From positions 10,976,001 through 11,040,000 of the forward strand of contig NC_087250.1 of NCBI RefSeq assembly GCF_037042905.1: a stretch of DNA of 64,000 bases, given 5' to 3'. Below are positions 52,219 through 63,660 of this stretch, piece by piece (the first letter of the stretch is position 1; each line of letters starts with the position of its first letter). Source of the DNA: Lytechinus pictus. Taxonomy: Eukaryota. The position numbers were made by a program, and so were the translations under genes. The notes below the pieces were generated by a model. It saw only the letters and a list, made by a program, of their open reading frames with translations, was not told where the DNA came from and searched no databases.

Positions 52219-53155
52219 AGAGGAATCGCCTCATGCTGGCTTCTCGAGCGCAGAACACTAATTCTACCTATAGGAAGGCTTGGGACGCATTCGAGCAATT
52301 TCGGTTGCGATATCACTACGATATAAATATCGAACCAGACGTTGAACAGGTGGCTCAGTTTATTTCTTTTCTTTCATGGCATGGTTATGCGGGGTCAACC
52401 ATAAGTACTTACATATCGGGGTTAGCTTTTGGGATGCAGGCTTCGGGTTGGCCTGACACGACCGGTTGTTTCATCATTCGTCGTTTGGTGGATGGATGTC
52501 GGCGCAAATTTGCCCAGCATGATACTCGGTGCCCTATAACTTTCCCCATTCTGAAATCGTTGATTCATTCCATCTCTCATGTTTGTCCAAATTCTTACAA
52601 TCAGGCACTTTTTCGAGCCGCTTTTCTAATGGCGTTTTTTGGCTTTCTCCGGGTGGGCGAGTTTACAGCTCAATCTAAACGGGGCCCCTTTTCTTTGTTG
52701 GAAAACGATGTTTGCATACGGGGGGAGGGTCCTAGCAGAAAACTGGAAGTTATAATCCGGAGGTCGAAGGCGGATCAAACAGGGCGAGGGTGTTGCATTA
52801 TTATTCCCACATATAATTCATCTCCAATGTGTCCTGTTCAGGCTGTAGATAATTACTTGTCCATTCGTTCTAGTAGTCAGGGTGCAGTGAGAGGAATGAA
52901 CTCGCCTTTTTCCGGCACTTTAGCACTCAGCCGTTAACGAGGCATGAATTTGGTAAAATATTAAAACAGGCGATATCTTTCCTCAACTTACCGGTGGAGT
53001 TTTATTCCTCTCACTCGTTTCGTATCGGGGCGGCAACAACTGCTGCAATGGCAGGGATCCCTGACGTTTGTATTCAAAATATGGGGCGCTGGGCTTCCCA
53101 TTCCCATCGGCTTTACATCCGGGCCAATCCTGCCTTGCTTGCCGATAGTATGTGA
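52179..53155 (+). CDS. Tyrosine recombinase with a single frameshift in a T5 run at ~52907-52911
   Basis: FFGFLRVGE, RSKADQ and MCPV lie in the track frame. A shifted frame continues FRHFSTQPLTR...HSFRIGAAT...MGRWAS..LYIR to TGA at 53153-55, completing the R-H-R-W-Y catalytic set. Confidence 0.9.
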
Positions 53156-54528
53156 ACAGTGGCGGTAACTTGACTAGTTAATTCAAAGGTCGCGCTTCTT
53201 GGTTTTCGGGTTCCCCCTTTCTTTCTAGTAATCTAATTTGGCATATTATGTTGCTTTAGTCAGGAGCTGGTATTATTCAGCGGCAAGTTTAATGGTTTGT
53301 TTCTTATAGTTAGGCAGCTCGAAATATGTAGTGAAGAAGGGAATGCTTCATTCGTTTAATTTAAATGTGGTCGGGTAATTTCTATTTTTTAATAACAAGG
53401 GTAGTGAGTGACGGTATGAAGATCCCTGTTAATGAGCATGCCTGTAATTTAGTGATGCAGGTTATTTCTGTGTATATACTGGAAGGAGGGTTATTCACTA
53501 GTTGTATTTGATACTGTTTTCAATGCTTTAGGGCGGGTTTCCCGCTCGCTTATCAATGCATTAGTTGGCACTGAATACAGAATGGGCGTTGAATTCAGTG
53601 GCAATATACTACAGTGCCTACGAAATATGTATTGTTATGATGTGTTATGTAACATGTTTTGGGGCCGTCAGGCTCCAAAGTTGTAGTTCGCCTTGCTGCT
53701 TGTCTTTTTTTTTTTTATCTCCATCTACAGCTGATATGATTCCGCTTGGTTGGAACCCATTCAACAATTGGTTTGGGAGGAGCCTGCTTACTCTCGATCT
53801 ACGTGCCACGCGTCCAAGCTATTTTCTTCTCGAACTGAGTCTTTAAACGAACTTGAAGGGGGCACCAGTCGACTATACCTCATCCTTTGTTTACCCGCGA
53901 TCTACTTTCGAGATAACATGAGACATGAACTAGTTTGTGGGTCAGACCTGCCACGCGTTAACACGTGGCCTTTCCTTCAGAGCGAGCCATACCCCTCCCC
54001 CTCCCCCCACTGCCCATTCGGCCATTAATGTTTGACCTTTGCTGCTCCTTGGACATTTTACGACTCTATTTTTCCCCTCGTCCAGCCAAGAGTATTTCGG
54101 TTCTTCCCTCATTCAGCTTGTTATGTCCCCGTTTGGATTTCATGGATGGACCACAGAAGTCGCGAGTTCACGTTTCCCCCCCCCCCCACCCCCATCTCCT
54201 TCCATACCCATCTCAGACCTTCTTCTTTTGTATTTAACCATTTTGAGATGTTATATGTGTTATTAGAAGTTTTAGGTTATTGAGTTTCGCTCTTGCGCGA
54301 AGCAGAATGTGTTGTGGCGGCGGGATGTCCATCCGGGCAAGATATACCCATGCTTTCCATCCCGTTTGGCGAAATTGCATTTTTGCCACACCACATTCAT
54401 TTGTACAGTAATCTACTTTATCAGTATATACAAATAAATGTATAACGAGAGGCTTCCTGAGAGGTTTATTACGATTCGCAAAAGAATAATTATTATTAGC
54501 GCCCACGTTAATTGGCCTGGTGGGCTAC

Positions 54529-54798
54529 GGCAAGCTGAGAAATCTTGTCGTAGAAAGGCCTGTGGATGGATTTATATGTATTTTTCCCTACTTTGGCCAC
54601 GTGGCAAGCTGGGAAATCTTGGCACGAAATTTAAGTAGGAAGGGCAAGCTGTGAAATCTTGCCATGGTTTTGGGTAAGCTGAGAAATCTTACCATTAATT
54701 ATTGAACTTGGCAAGCTGTGAAATCTTGCCTTGATTGCGGGTAAGCTAAGAAATCTTACCATTAAAATATTGAACTTGGCAAGCTGTGAAATCTTGCT
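54529..54798 (+). repeat. Array of seven 21-nt palindromic units GGYAAG-CTRNGAAAT-CTTRCC
   Basis: Units start at 54529, 54603, 54643, 54673, 54710, 54740 and 54778. Confidence 0.92.
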
Positions 54799-55673
54799 AT
54801 GTTCGTGATTTTCTGAATTTGGATTATTTTTATTCCCACCTATATTGGTTGAGTTATATATACAGTATCGAAAATCATTAGTAACCTCAGGAGGCCTCCA
54901 CTTCTATTTCTTTATGTAAAACAACATATGATACTATTATGACTTTTGTTGATGATTTGATAATATGAATACGGCGATGCTACTCGGTTAATTATTAAAC
55001 CACGAAATACCGCATATAACTGTGTTTGTATCTTTGTTGTGTCTGGACTTGGATAACGGGAATGTTGTATGTGCTGTAATGCTTGATCTGCGCAAAGCGT
55101 TTGATACTGTAAGTCACGAATTGTTAATCGACAAACTATTTCAGTATGGTCTGGATGGAATGTCAATAAACTGGTTCACGAATTATTTAAAAGGGAGAGG
55201 GCAGGTTACAAGAGTCAGTGGCCATATATCTCAAACTCGCCTTATCCTAGGTGGTATTCCCCAAGGGTCAATATTGGGACCCCTACTTTTTATCATATTT
55301 GTTAATGATCTACCGTCCATTTTAAAACATTGTAAAGTTAGCTTGTATGCAGATGATACGATGATTTATTGCTCAGGCAAAAGTCCCACTGAAATATGTT
55401 TTAAGATTAATGAAGATCTAGAAAACATAAGAAAATGGCTGATTAAAAATAAACTACATTTAAACATCGATAAAACCGAGTACATTGTACTAGGTACCAA
55501 ACAAAGGCTCTGTAAAATTAAAAATGCTATATTTCAGATACATATTGATAATACTCCATTGCGTAAGGTAGATGAATGTAAATATTTAGGTGTTATCCTT
55601 GATTCTAATTTAACATGGCAAAACCATATTGATTATGTTCAGAAGAAAGTAAATGGTGGTTTATTCATGTTAA

Positions 55674-56070
55674 AGAGAAATGCCAGTAGTTGCAGTAAAC
55701 ACTGATTTCATGAGAAAGTCTGTAAATCCAGGCTTAACTGTCAGAATATCATCGAGGATCTAGATCTGGTACAGTTACGTAAACTTAACTTTGTGAAATC
55801 TTGAAATCTACGCTGAAAAATGTTCACACTGAAGATCACCAACACAGATAGGCACACGTGGGGGGACAGTGTATTAATATTGCTGGAATAAAGACCCGAC
55901 GGAAGTGACCGAATCCGCGCTTATTTTGCTTATTTCTCAGCAATTACACAATTTCTTCCAGAATCCTTTGGCACATATTTTTTTTTCATACAAACAGACA
56001 CTTGGGTGGTCATTTTATTAGATTCTGTAAAAAGTCATTTTGAGATCGTTACCAAAACTGGAATTTATCT
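55674..56070. mobile_element. TTAA-flanked MITE (Kolobok-like, 397 bp)
   Basis: TTAA at 55670-73 and 56071-74. TIR AGAGAAATGCCAG / CTGGAATTTATCT. Removal restores the LINE frame GGLFMLKSIKNFV...HFNYCDAVWG. Confidence 0.88.
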
Positions 56071-56663
56071 TTAAAGTCTATAAAGAACTTCGTCGACGAA
56101 AAGTATCTGATCATTGTTTATAATTCCCTGATAATGTCACATTTTAACTATTGCGATGCTGTATGGGGTACCGCGGGTTGATTAATCACAGAATTCTTCA
56201 AAAGCTACAAAATAGGGCTGCCCGAATAATAAATCGATCTCCATGGTATTCATCTTCCAAAGAAAAATTAAATAAATTAAGATGGGTAACGCTACAAGAA
56301 AACAGAAGAGACAACATTGCTATAATGATGTTTAAAATAATGACAGGACAGGCACCGACATATTTAATTGAAAGATTTTCATTTTATAGGCATACATATA
56401 ATACACGGTCAGGTCCACTGACTTTAGATATTCCCCAAGCAAAAACCGAATCTGGTAAGAAAACTTTACGTTCAGGGGGGCTCAATGCTGGAACTCACTA
56501 CCAATCCAAATGCAACAATATAATACCACTACCAGTTTCAAAAGGGCATTAGCTAATTCAAGGAAATGAATCACAAAGGGATAGGTTGGCGGGGGAGGGT
56601 TTGTCTTTTTTTAATTATTTTTTTTAGCCCATTAATGCGTTATATCATAGGGATGAGACTTAA

Positions 56664-57044
56664 AGTGATTGGTTAACATTGGTTTGACTTTTAAAAAATC
56701 TGAGCTAGAAGGTCACACTTGTCACCTGTGTCTGTGATATGTTACAAAAATGAAGCCCAGAAAAAATTGTGTTCGAAAATAATTATTTAGTGCTTCAAAA
56801 ATTGAAATATAAAGTGACCGGAAACACCATCTTAATTTCCTCCCATACACTTATGTGTACTATTTAGGCGTCTATAAGACGCCTATTTACAAAATCGGGG
56901 TTTGCCTTGTAGTTTTAGCTTTTCATTCTCAATAATAGTTGTTTTCAGGGTTTATTAGTTCTAATACATGCACTTGACGTACACATTTTTCATCTTGGTT
57001 TGATATTTTTTTTAATCGGCTGCTCACAAAGTTAAACAAAACCT
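56664..57044. mobile_element. TTAA-flanked MITE (Kolobok-like, 381 bp) in the LINE 3' UTR
   Basis: TTAA at 56660-63 and 57045-48. Imperfect TIR AGTGATTGGTTAACATTG / CAAAGTTAAACAAAACCT. Confidence 0.72.
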
Positions 57045-57889
57045 TTAATGATGACGGGTGTATGAAAGGGTGTGTGGTGTGTATCTGTTTGTGTGTTAGG
57101 GTGAGTGTGCAGTTCTTTTCTCAATAATTCAAATTAATCCATTTATAATTATGTATCCAAGTAATATTTCACCCTATAGTAATGTTCTATTTTCTGTATT
57201 ATGCATTCATATTGAAGGCATTCTGTATTATTTCCAATTTGTTATTTGATTACAATTAGTAATTATTTGTATAAACTTACCGTCATTGTATTACCCTTGT
57301 ATTTCACCTGGTAATAATTACGATTATTATGTTTTATGTATTATTCATGTATGGTGCCTTTTACTTTGTACATTTTATTCATGGCACGGCCCCAATGCAA
57401 ATCAGACTATGTATCTGTTTGGGTTTTTTTTACCGTGTGAAAACAAAATTTATCTATCTATTAAATGTCAGTTCTGATTATAATCCAAAGTTTAATTCTG
57501 ATAAAATCCAAGTTGGCTGCCGAAAATCCCTTAAATCAAAGTTCACAATGATGGCGATAATGAAATTGATGTTGAAGCACGATGAATAACATGAGTCCAT
57601 GGGCTGAAAAGCGTTCATCAAAAGAGGTTGATGATCCCGATGAGAACTGAGAATTCCTCCCTCAAAGTCACTGCAAACAGTGCATTGATAGCTTGTAATT
57701 AATTCCACAGAAGATGAATATTGTATTCCAGTTTGAAAAAAAAAACGCTCTGACATAAAGTCTGGTGTGAAACCCTAAGTTCTGATGTGATATGATGATC
57801 TTCTTAAATAACTGGCAGCTTATATATACATTATTCACTATTCTGGAAGCTTCTAGTATTGTTTACCACCATAACATTCTGTTTAGGTT

Positions 57890-58210
57890 ACATAAAGTGC
57901 TTAGAATTTCCATTCCTTAGTTAAAATTGTCACCAAAAAAAATCAGCTCGCGCTTCGCGCTCGCATTATTATTTTTAAAAAATATGTAACGTATTCATCG
58001 CTAACTGCAAGCAGTCTTTAACAAGTACCTTTTCCATCAGTTCATTTTTGCTTGCGCTTCACGTCCGTAGTAGTTATTCATTTGCATACACATCTTTTTG
58101 AGGATAAAAAACATTGCCGAGAATGTTCAAAATTTCAGGATAATATACATAAAATTTCCCAAAAAAAAATAGCTCCCGATTCGCGCTCGCATTATTTATA
58201 TATGTATATG

Positions 58211-58242
<32 letters not shown>

Positions 58243-58412
58243 AGGATTATGATATTATATATTTATGTTTATTCATAAGAATAAAGCTAAGAAGTGACTA
58301 TTAGGACTACCCCTTCAAAGAAACCAAATATTATCTTCTAGCGGACGGTCGGGGAAAATATGGCTGAAAAAAACTACGCCCCCCCCCCCTATTGGCGAAG
58401 GCTTGATCCGCC
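57890..58412. mobile_element. Right part of a GCTCGCGCTTCGCGCTCGC-family MITE (related to 33331-34699), with its terminus split by an insertion
   Basis: GCTTAGAATTTC, CAGCTCGCGCTTCGCGCTCGC and TATGTAACGT..GCTAACTGCAA parallel 34300-34420. The terminus GATCCGCC|CCTG is completed at 59480-59485. Confidence 0.75.
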
Positions 58413-59479
58413 CCAGTCAGACCGCAGGTCCCTATGCTAATAAGCAAAAAGGCCAGATTCATCATAATCATCTCGTGGCTGAATCCTCCTTGCAAAATCT
58501 CGTGATTCGTGAGATTTTCTTTCTCTAAGAATTTACCTGTTTTAACCTCATGTTAAATAAAATATTATTGCACTATCAGGTAGAGTAAATGTTACTTTTT
58601 CATATTGGTCATTTATTTTGTTAAATAAGTAAATTCCTGGCCTGAAAATGTGCCTCAAAACTGAATTTTCTTCCTCTGTTTTCTTTTGCAAATTGTGCAA
58701 AACTTTTTATTTTGAGCCTCAATGATATCTATATCACCATAAAGTTGAACTTCTGTTCTTTCTCACAATGCCACTCTTGATATGCGGCACCTTTTAATCG
58801 GGTCAAAATCACACTTTTCCCACCAAGGTACAAGACAAGATTTCTGAAATTTTGTACTTGCATTAAATCCAGAGTTCTGATTGGCTGGATAAGGTTCACA
58901 GAACAACAGGCGCGGGGTATTTGAGGAGATTACCACATGGGAATTGGGACCTTCCCATGAACCCAGGCACTGGAACCGTTGGAATTTGCCACTGTTTGGT
59001 CTTTTTGACCAATCAGAGTGCAGTATTCTTGTTTTCAAGCTGCTTTATGTACTTGGCAAATGAAAAGCATGATCTTGACCCGATTAAACCAATTCTTATT
59101 TGAGACCTTCATCATTTTAAAGCATAAATATTCAGCTTTATCATGATCAAAAAATCATTTGGGCTCAAACAAAAATAAAGTGTAAAAATAACAGCTTTTG
59201 TCAGGTGAAAATAATTATTTTGTAGCATATTTTAGATCAAAATTTTAACCTCTACTTCAAATCTGTGAATAAATTCAAACACATGACCTGAAAGAATGAT
59301 TCTTCTGCTTTACAATGATACAAAATTCATGGAATTCGATGCACAATTAGAGTAGCAATGACCGAATGAAAAGAGGTGTTTTGGTCCGCATCAAGCTCAT
59401 TAAATATGCAAAACATCTCAAGTCATGAATATCACTTGGATGAAAGAAGCCACTTTCTGGGGACCTGCCGTCTGACTGG
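58413..59479. mobile_element. ~1.07 kb foldback MITE, TIR (C)CAGTCAGAC(C/G)GCAGGTCCC
   Basis: ~20-bp TIR. Internal inverted matches TTTAATCGGGTCAA (~58793) / TTGACCCGATTAAA (~59075-88) and CTGATTGG / CCAATCAG. The TSD reads as either CC or GCCC. Confidence 0.85.
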
Positions 59480-60029
59480 CCCCTGGTTATTGCAGTCATT
59501 TTAGTAACTGTTTTATTGAGCATTAGTAAATGCGTAAAGACGAGGAGTCTTTGGTAAGCAGGGAGAGAATGTTTATCGGCTCCACCCTTTGCACATATTC
59601 CGCCCTGCCTTTCACATCTCTCACTGTTGCTCTGTACACTGATTTATCTTCAAGAAATTAAAGGTACATATCAGACTTTGAACCTACACTCTACACTCTG
59701 GATTACGTTATTTGGAGTGTTACAAAGGGACAAATGATTGGTGTATAGAACAAATGGTCGACGGATGTACTCCGATTGACTGAATTGAGGAGAGAAAGGT
59801 GATCGATTGCAGTCGACGGATGATCTGACTGGAGAAACCAGAGTCGACGGTTGGTGATGGTTGTTAATCAGGCTTTTTAACATAAACCATCAGCAACAGT
59901 CAGATATTTTGACTAAACTGCCGGTCAGGCACGGTGGCATCCTGACAAGAAAACCGTGTCAGCTGAAGTTTGATTCGAGGCCGTCACAATATTTATATCA
60001 TTCGACAACTTATTTTTTTAACATTATAA

Positions 60030-60743
60030 TAGGAGTGGGCTATAAATGGGTCAAAAATATTTATTGTCATTTTAATATGGCAACAGTTTTTATCTATTCC
60101 TTGTAATGTATCTTAACATGAAATGACTATATTTTTTGTCTCGGGTCCGAGATAAAGATGTGCCTGGCCAAAATTCAAAATGGCCGCCACCCCCCCCCCC
60201 CCTCAAAAAAAAAATCAGTTTTGGCCACAACTTCTTTATTTGGTGATCTTTTTCTCTGGTTTTGGTGTCTATTTATATGTTGTTGGGTTTTTTTTTTGGG
60301 GGGGGGGGCAGGCAATTTGTTTTTTTCTGAAATTAGTACTTAAAAACCATTATTTGTAGAGTAAAAGGATGATTTTACCTTAATTTACACATTTTAGTCC
60401 CATTTTACAGCCAAAAATTAGTATATTTAAGTAAAATCACCTTGTAACTCTACAAATAATGGTCTAAAAGTACCAATTTTAGGAAAAAACAAATTGTGTG
60501 CCCCCCTAAACACATGAATAGACACCAAAACCAGAGAAAAAGACCACCAAATAAAGAAGTTGTGGCCAAAAGTGTAATTTTGGGGGGTTTTGGCGGGCAT
60601 TTTGGATTTTGGCCCGGCACACTCTTTCTCGGACCCAAAACAAAAAAATATTATCATTTCATGTTAATATAGGGTAAAAGGAATAGAAAAAAAATGTTGG
60701 CGAAGGTAAAACCAAAAAATCACCCATTTATAGCCCACTCCTA
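60030..60743. mobile_element. 714-bp palindromic (foldback) MITE with TA at both ends
   Basis: Perfect 22-bp IR TAGGAGTGGGCTATAAATGGGT / ACCCATTTATAGCCCACTCCTA. The arms stay inverted throughout, e.g. TTTTGGCCACAACTTCTTTATTTGGTG versus CACCAAATAAAGAAGTTGTGGCCAAAA. Confidence 0.9.
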
Positions 60744-60787
60744 CTTATAAAAAGGAATTAATCAAATGAGAAAAATGAGTACCTTAT

Positions 60788-60990
60788 GGGGTTTTGAAGA
60801 AACTTGCGATCAATTGCAAGTCTATTTTTGTCCCTAAATCAATCATGAGTCTTGCAGTTAATTGCAAATTAGTGAATGATTGCGAATCTGCTCCTTGAAA
60901 CAAACATTTTAATCTGATTTGCTATAGCTAACGTTGATCTATCTGTTGTAAAATTGCAACAGAATATTTGCAATTGGTCGCAACACACCC
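60788..60990. mobile_element. Short degenerate MITE
   Basis: TTGCGATCAATTGCAA (~60804) versus TTGCAATTGGTCGCAA (~60968), inverted. Ends approximate. Confidence 0.5.
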
Positions 60991-62893
60991 TTAGTGTCAC
61001 AACTCCTGTGGAACGGCCGATTCTACCAATGTTTTATCGGTGTTCCAGACTTTGGTAAAATAAATTCATTTTCTCACCCCTGCCTATACAGTATTATGTG
61101 TCTCACCTTTGACTATGCGTACGCGAGAGTCGATTACTCGTGTGCAAATTCGGGAAGGGGGTGGGGGATATATTGTATCTAGGTGACCAGATTTGGACAG
61201 ACAATATACGGGACACTTCGAGATCAGATATATAGAACCAAACATTTTATGGGGCTGCTGTCCATATTCTCAAATGATACATCGAAATACAAATTGAATT
61301 GAAAATGGTCTATTAGTAAATAAATATATGAGCAGTTATAATTATTTAATCACTTTATTCATAATCAATTTACTGTTTAAAATCTTGTTTATTATAACTT
61401 ACAATCAGTCATTTAGAGTGCTCACGTGCAGTAGGGTATGGAGATGAGTGTGTTAGGGTGTGTGTGTGTGTGTAGTGGGTGTTGGAATTCCTATGCATAC
61501 ATGGCCTAGCTTTGGAAGAATCAGAGAAAGAAAAGGATTTGGGCACTACCTTCTTCAGCCATGATGGTATCCTTTTTCTTCAGTTGGTATCACTGAGCTC
61601 ACTTCAAAGCCCTCTGCGGGTATGCTTTTCTTTTTGTCCTCCACTTGTCCTAGGTTGGTTCCTAAGGTTTAAAGGAAACAGATTCTTAATAAGATGAACA
61701 TTAACAAGAAATTTATCAAAAAATAAATTGATGAATTATAGTTTAATTAGCCTTTGGACTTTTATAAAGGAAGTTCGTTGTTGTTGTTTGTTAATGTATG
61801 TCGTTAAAGGGGAGTCCAGCCAAAATAAAAACTTGTTTTAAAAGCAAAAAGAAAAATCATACAAGTTGATAGGTAAAAGTTCGAGCAATATCACACAAAC
61901 AATAAGACAGTTATGAATTTTTAGAAGTTGCATATATTGGCAATCACTATTCCCATGAAGACTTCAAATTGCCGCATATGTCATGTCATAGTGATGTAAG
62001 GCTGGGGCTACTTTTCCATGGTCTCCTATCATAACATTGCTAAAATGTCATGTGGCGTGTGATACATGTACGTCTAAAACTAAACAAAACCCAAGAATCA
62101 GACCGAGTCCAGTGTCTTGATGTGTGCACAATGTGACTGTTACTTCTTTCATATGTTAACAGTTATTTAATAACAATGCATTCATCACGTGCCCGAAGAC
62201 GCCAAATTCAAGTTTCTTGCCTTTCATACACAACTACGCCACGTACGACTGTACGCTTTCTATTACGTAGTGCATTCAGGTATACGTATACGGCGTTTTC
62301 ATTTGAACAAATTCACTCGGCCTACATAACTCACATAATTTCCTAACTTAAGAACCATATTTCAGCATGCCACATGGCTTAAATGATAACATAACTAATA
62401 AACCTAAAGATAAACAAATAATACTCACGTCATTGGGCTCGTATCACCAAATTAAAGAAATTTAACAAAAACTATGGGCAAGCGACACGCTTCCCATGAC
62501 CAGACAAAATAGCAATACGCCCTCAATCGGTAAATTTAAATCTAAAAAAAAAAACGATTTACAAGATGAAACTAAAACAGTTTCACAACAATTTGAGACA
62601 TTCCAAAAATTTCATCCTGTAGGCGACATGTAATACACTACTCAAAAAAAGTTAAGGGCCACTTTTTAAAACGTACATAAAGATTTTATACAAGGTGTTT
62701 TATTTCTGGAAATACCTCAGTACAACTGTCCTAAATGTCCTTAAACACGCTGTAATCTATTTCACGCATGGGTGGTTTCAGTTGTTGCACAATGTCTCTC
62801 GCATCACTGCACATCCTGAAAAGTGGGCCCCGAGGGGTATCAGCTACCGACATGAAGTGGTAAAAACGAATGTCTGAGTGTCTTTCAGGCAGT

Positions 62894-63660
62894 TCAGTAA
62901 CGAGTGTGACCACCTCCTGCAGCAATAACGGCTTCACAGCGCTGTCTCATGGAGCTGATGAGGCGATTGATGTCTCTGACGTCCAGTGCATCCCATGCAG
63001 CCTCCAGAGCCACACCAAGCTGCTGCAGTCCAAGTGGATGGGCTTCGAGCTGCTCGAGACTCCTCCCCATCATGTCCCAGACGTGCTCTATCAGGTTTAA
63101 GTCCGGGGACCTCGCTGGCCACTCCATACGCTCAATCCCCTGGCCCTCAAGGAACTCGGTCACCACCCTAGCTCGGTGGGCACGGGCATTGTCATCCATG
63201 AAAATGATGTTTTGTCCCACATTTTCTGCAAATGGCACCACTATAGGTTCAAGGACCTCATCCCTGTACCTCACTCCTGTCATTGCTCCCCCTGGGACCA
63301 CGTAGAGACGAGTACGGTTGGCGTAGGTGATGCCTCCCCACACCATGACGCTGCCTCCCCCATAACGGTCATGTTCTGCAATACAGGGGTCTGCAAATCT
63401 CTCTCCTGGTCGCCTCCAGACTCTCGAACGTCCATCATTGTGGTCAAGGGAAAATCTGCTCTCATCTGTGAACAGAACTCTACGCCATTGCTGTCTGGTC
63501 CATCTGACATGCTCCCGGGCCCAGTTGAGACGAATTCTTCTGTGAGCAGGGGTGAGTGGGACACACTGAGCTGGCCGTCTGGCATGCATATTGGCTCTGT
63601 GAAGTCGGTTACGGATTGTTTGAGTGGAAACAATCACTCCAGTTGCTGCAGCGAAGTCAT
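62894..63660 (-). pseudogene. Tc1 transposase, C-terminal DDE domain, N-terminally truncated
   Basis: Motifs VLFTDESRF, VMVWGGI, FMDDNARAH, WPARSPDLNLIEHVW and GGHTRY*. The first HTH region is missing. Confidence 0.93.

Larger units (their letters stand above)
49008..55056 (+). mobile_element. Tyrosine-recombinase retrotransposon (Ngaro-type ORF layout: gag, RT/RNase H, YR; no methyltransferase)
   Basis: Inserted in the LINE RT at E-F-D-N|G-N-V, with GATAA at both junctions (49003-07, 55052-56). Three overlapping ORFs. Confidence 0.92.
47588..57461 (+). mobile_element. Degenerate CR1/L2-group LINE (5'-truncated within the endonuclease) carrying three nested insertions
   Basis: Endonuclease motifs YRP, IGDLNCD, LIDVI and SDH at 47588-48172. 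RT N-terminal region at 48169-49007 with stops and frameshifts. RT core DLRKAFD/GIPQGS/YADD at 55057-55673. C-terminus LQKLQNRAAR at 56071-56570. 3' end GCACGGCCCC...CCGTGTG and a short (ATCT)n tail at ~57451-57461. Confidence 0.9.

Noticed and set aside
54529..54798. CRISPR array or hammerhead ribozyme interpretation of the hairpin array
   Set aside because: Spacers are 9-53 nt and partly duplicated, there are no cas genes, and the context is a eukaryotic retroelement. The loop has CTG.GAAA but lacks the CTGANGA plus three-stem hammerhead layout.
59755..59850. Three GTCGACGG motifs in a short stretch
   Set aside because: Irregular spacing and no further shared context. I cannot distinguish this from chance or decayed repeat sequence.
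61180..62050. Isolated MITE-like starts AGGTGACCAGATTT (~61181) and TTAA|AGGGGAGTCCAGCC (~61804)
   Set aside because: No partner terminus or TSD was found by eye, so boundaries cannot be supported.
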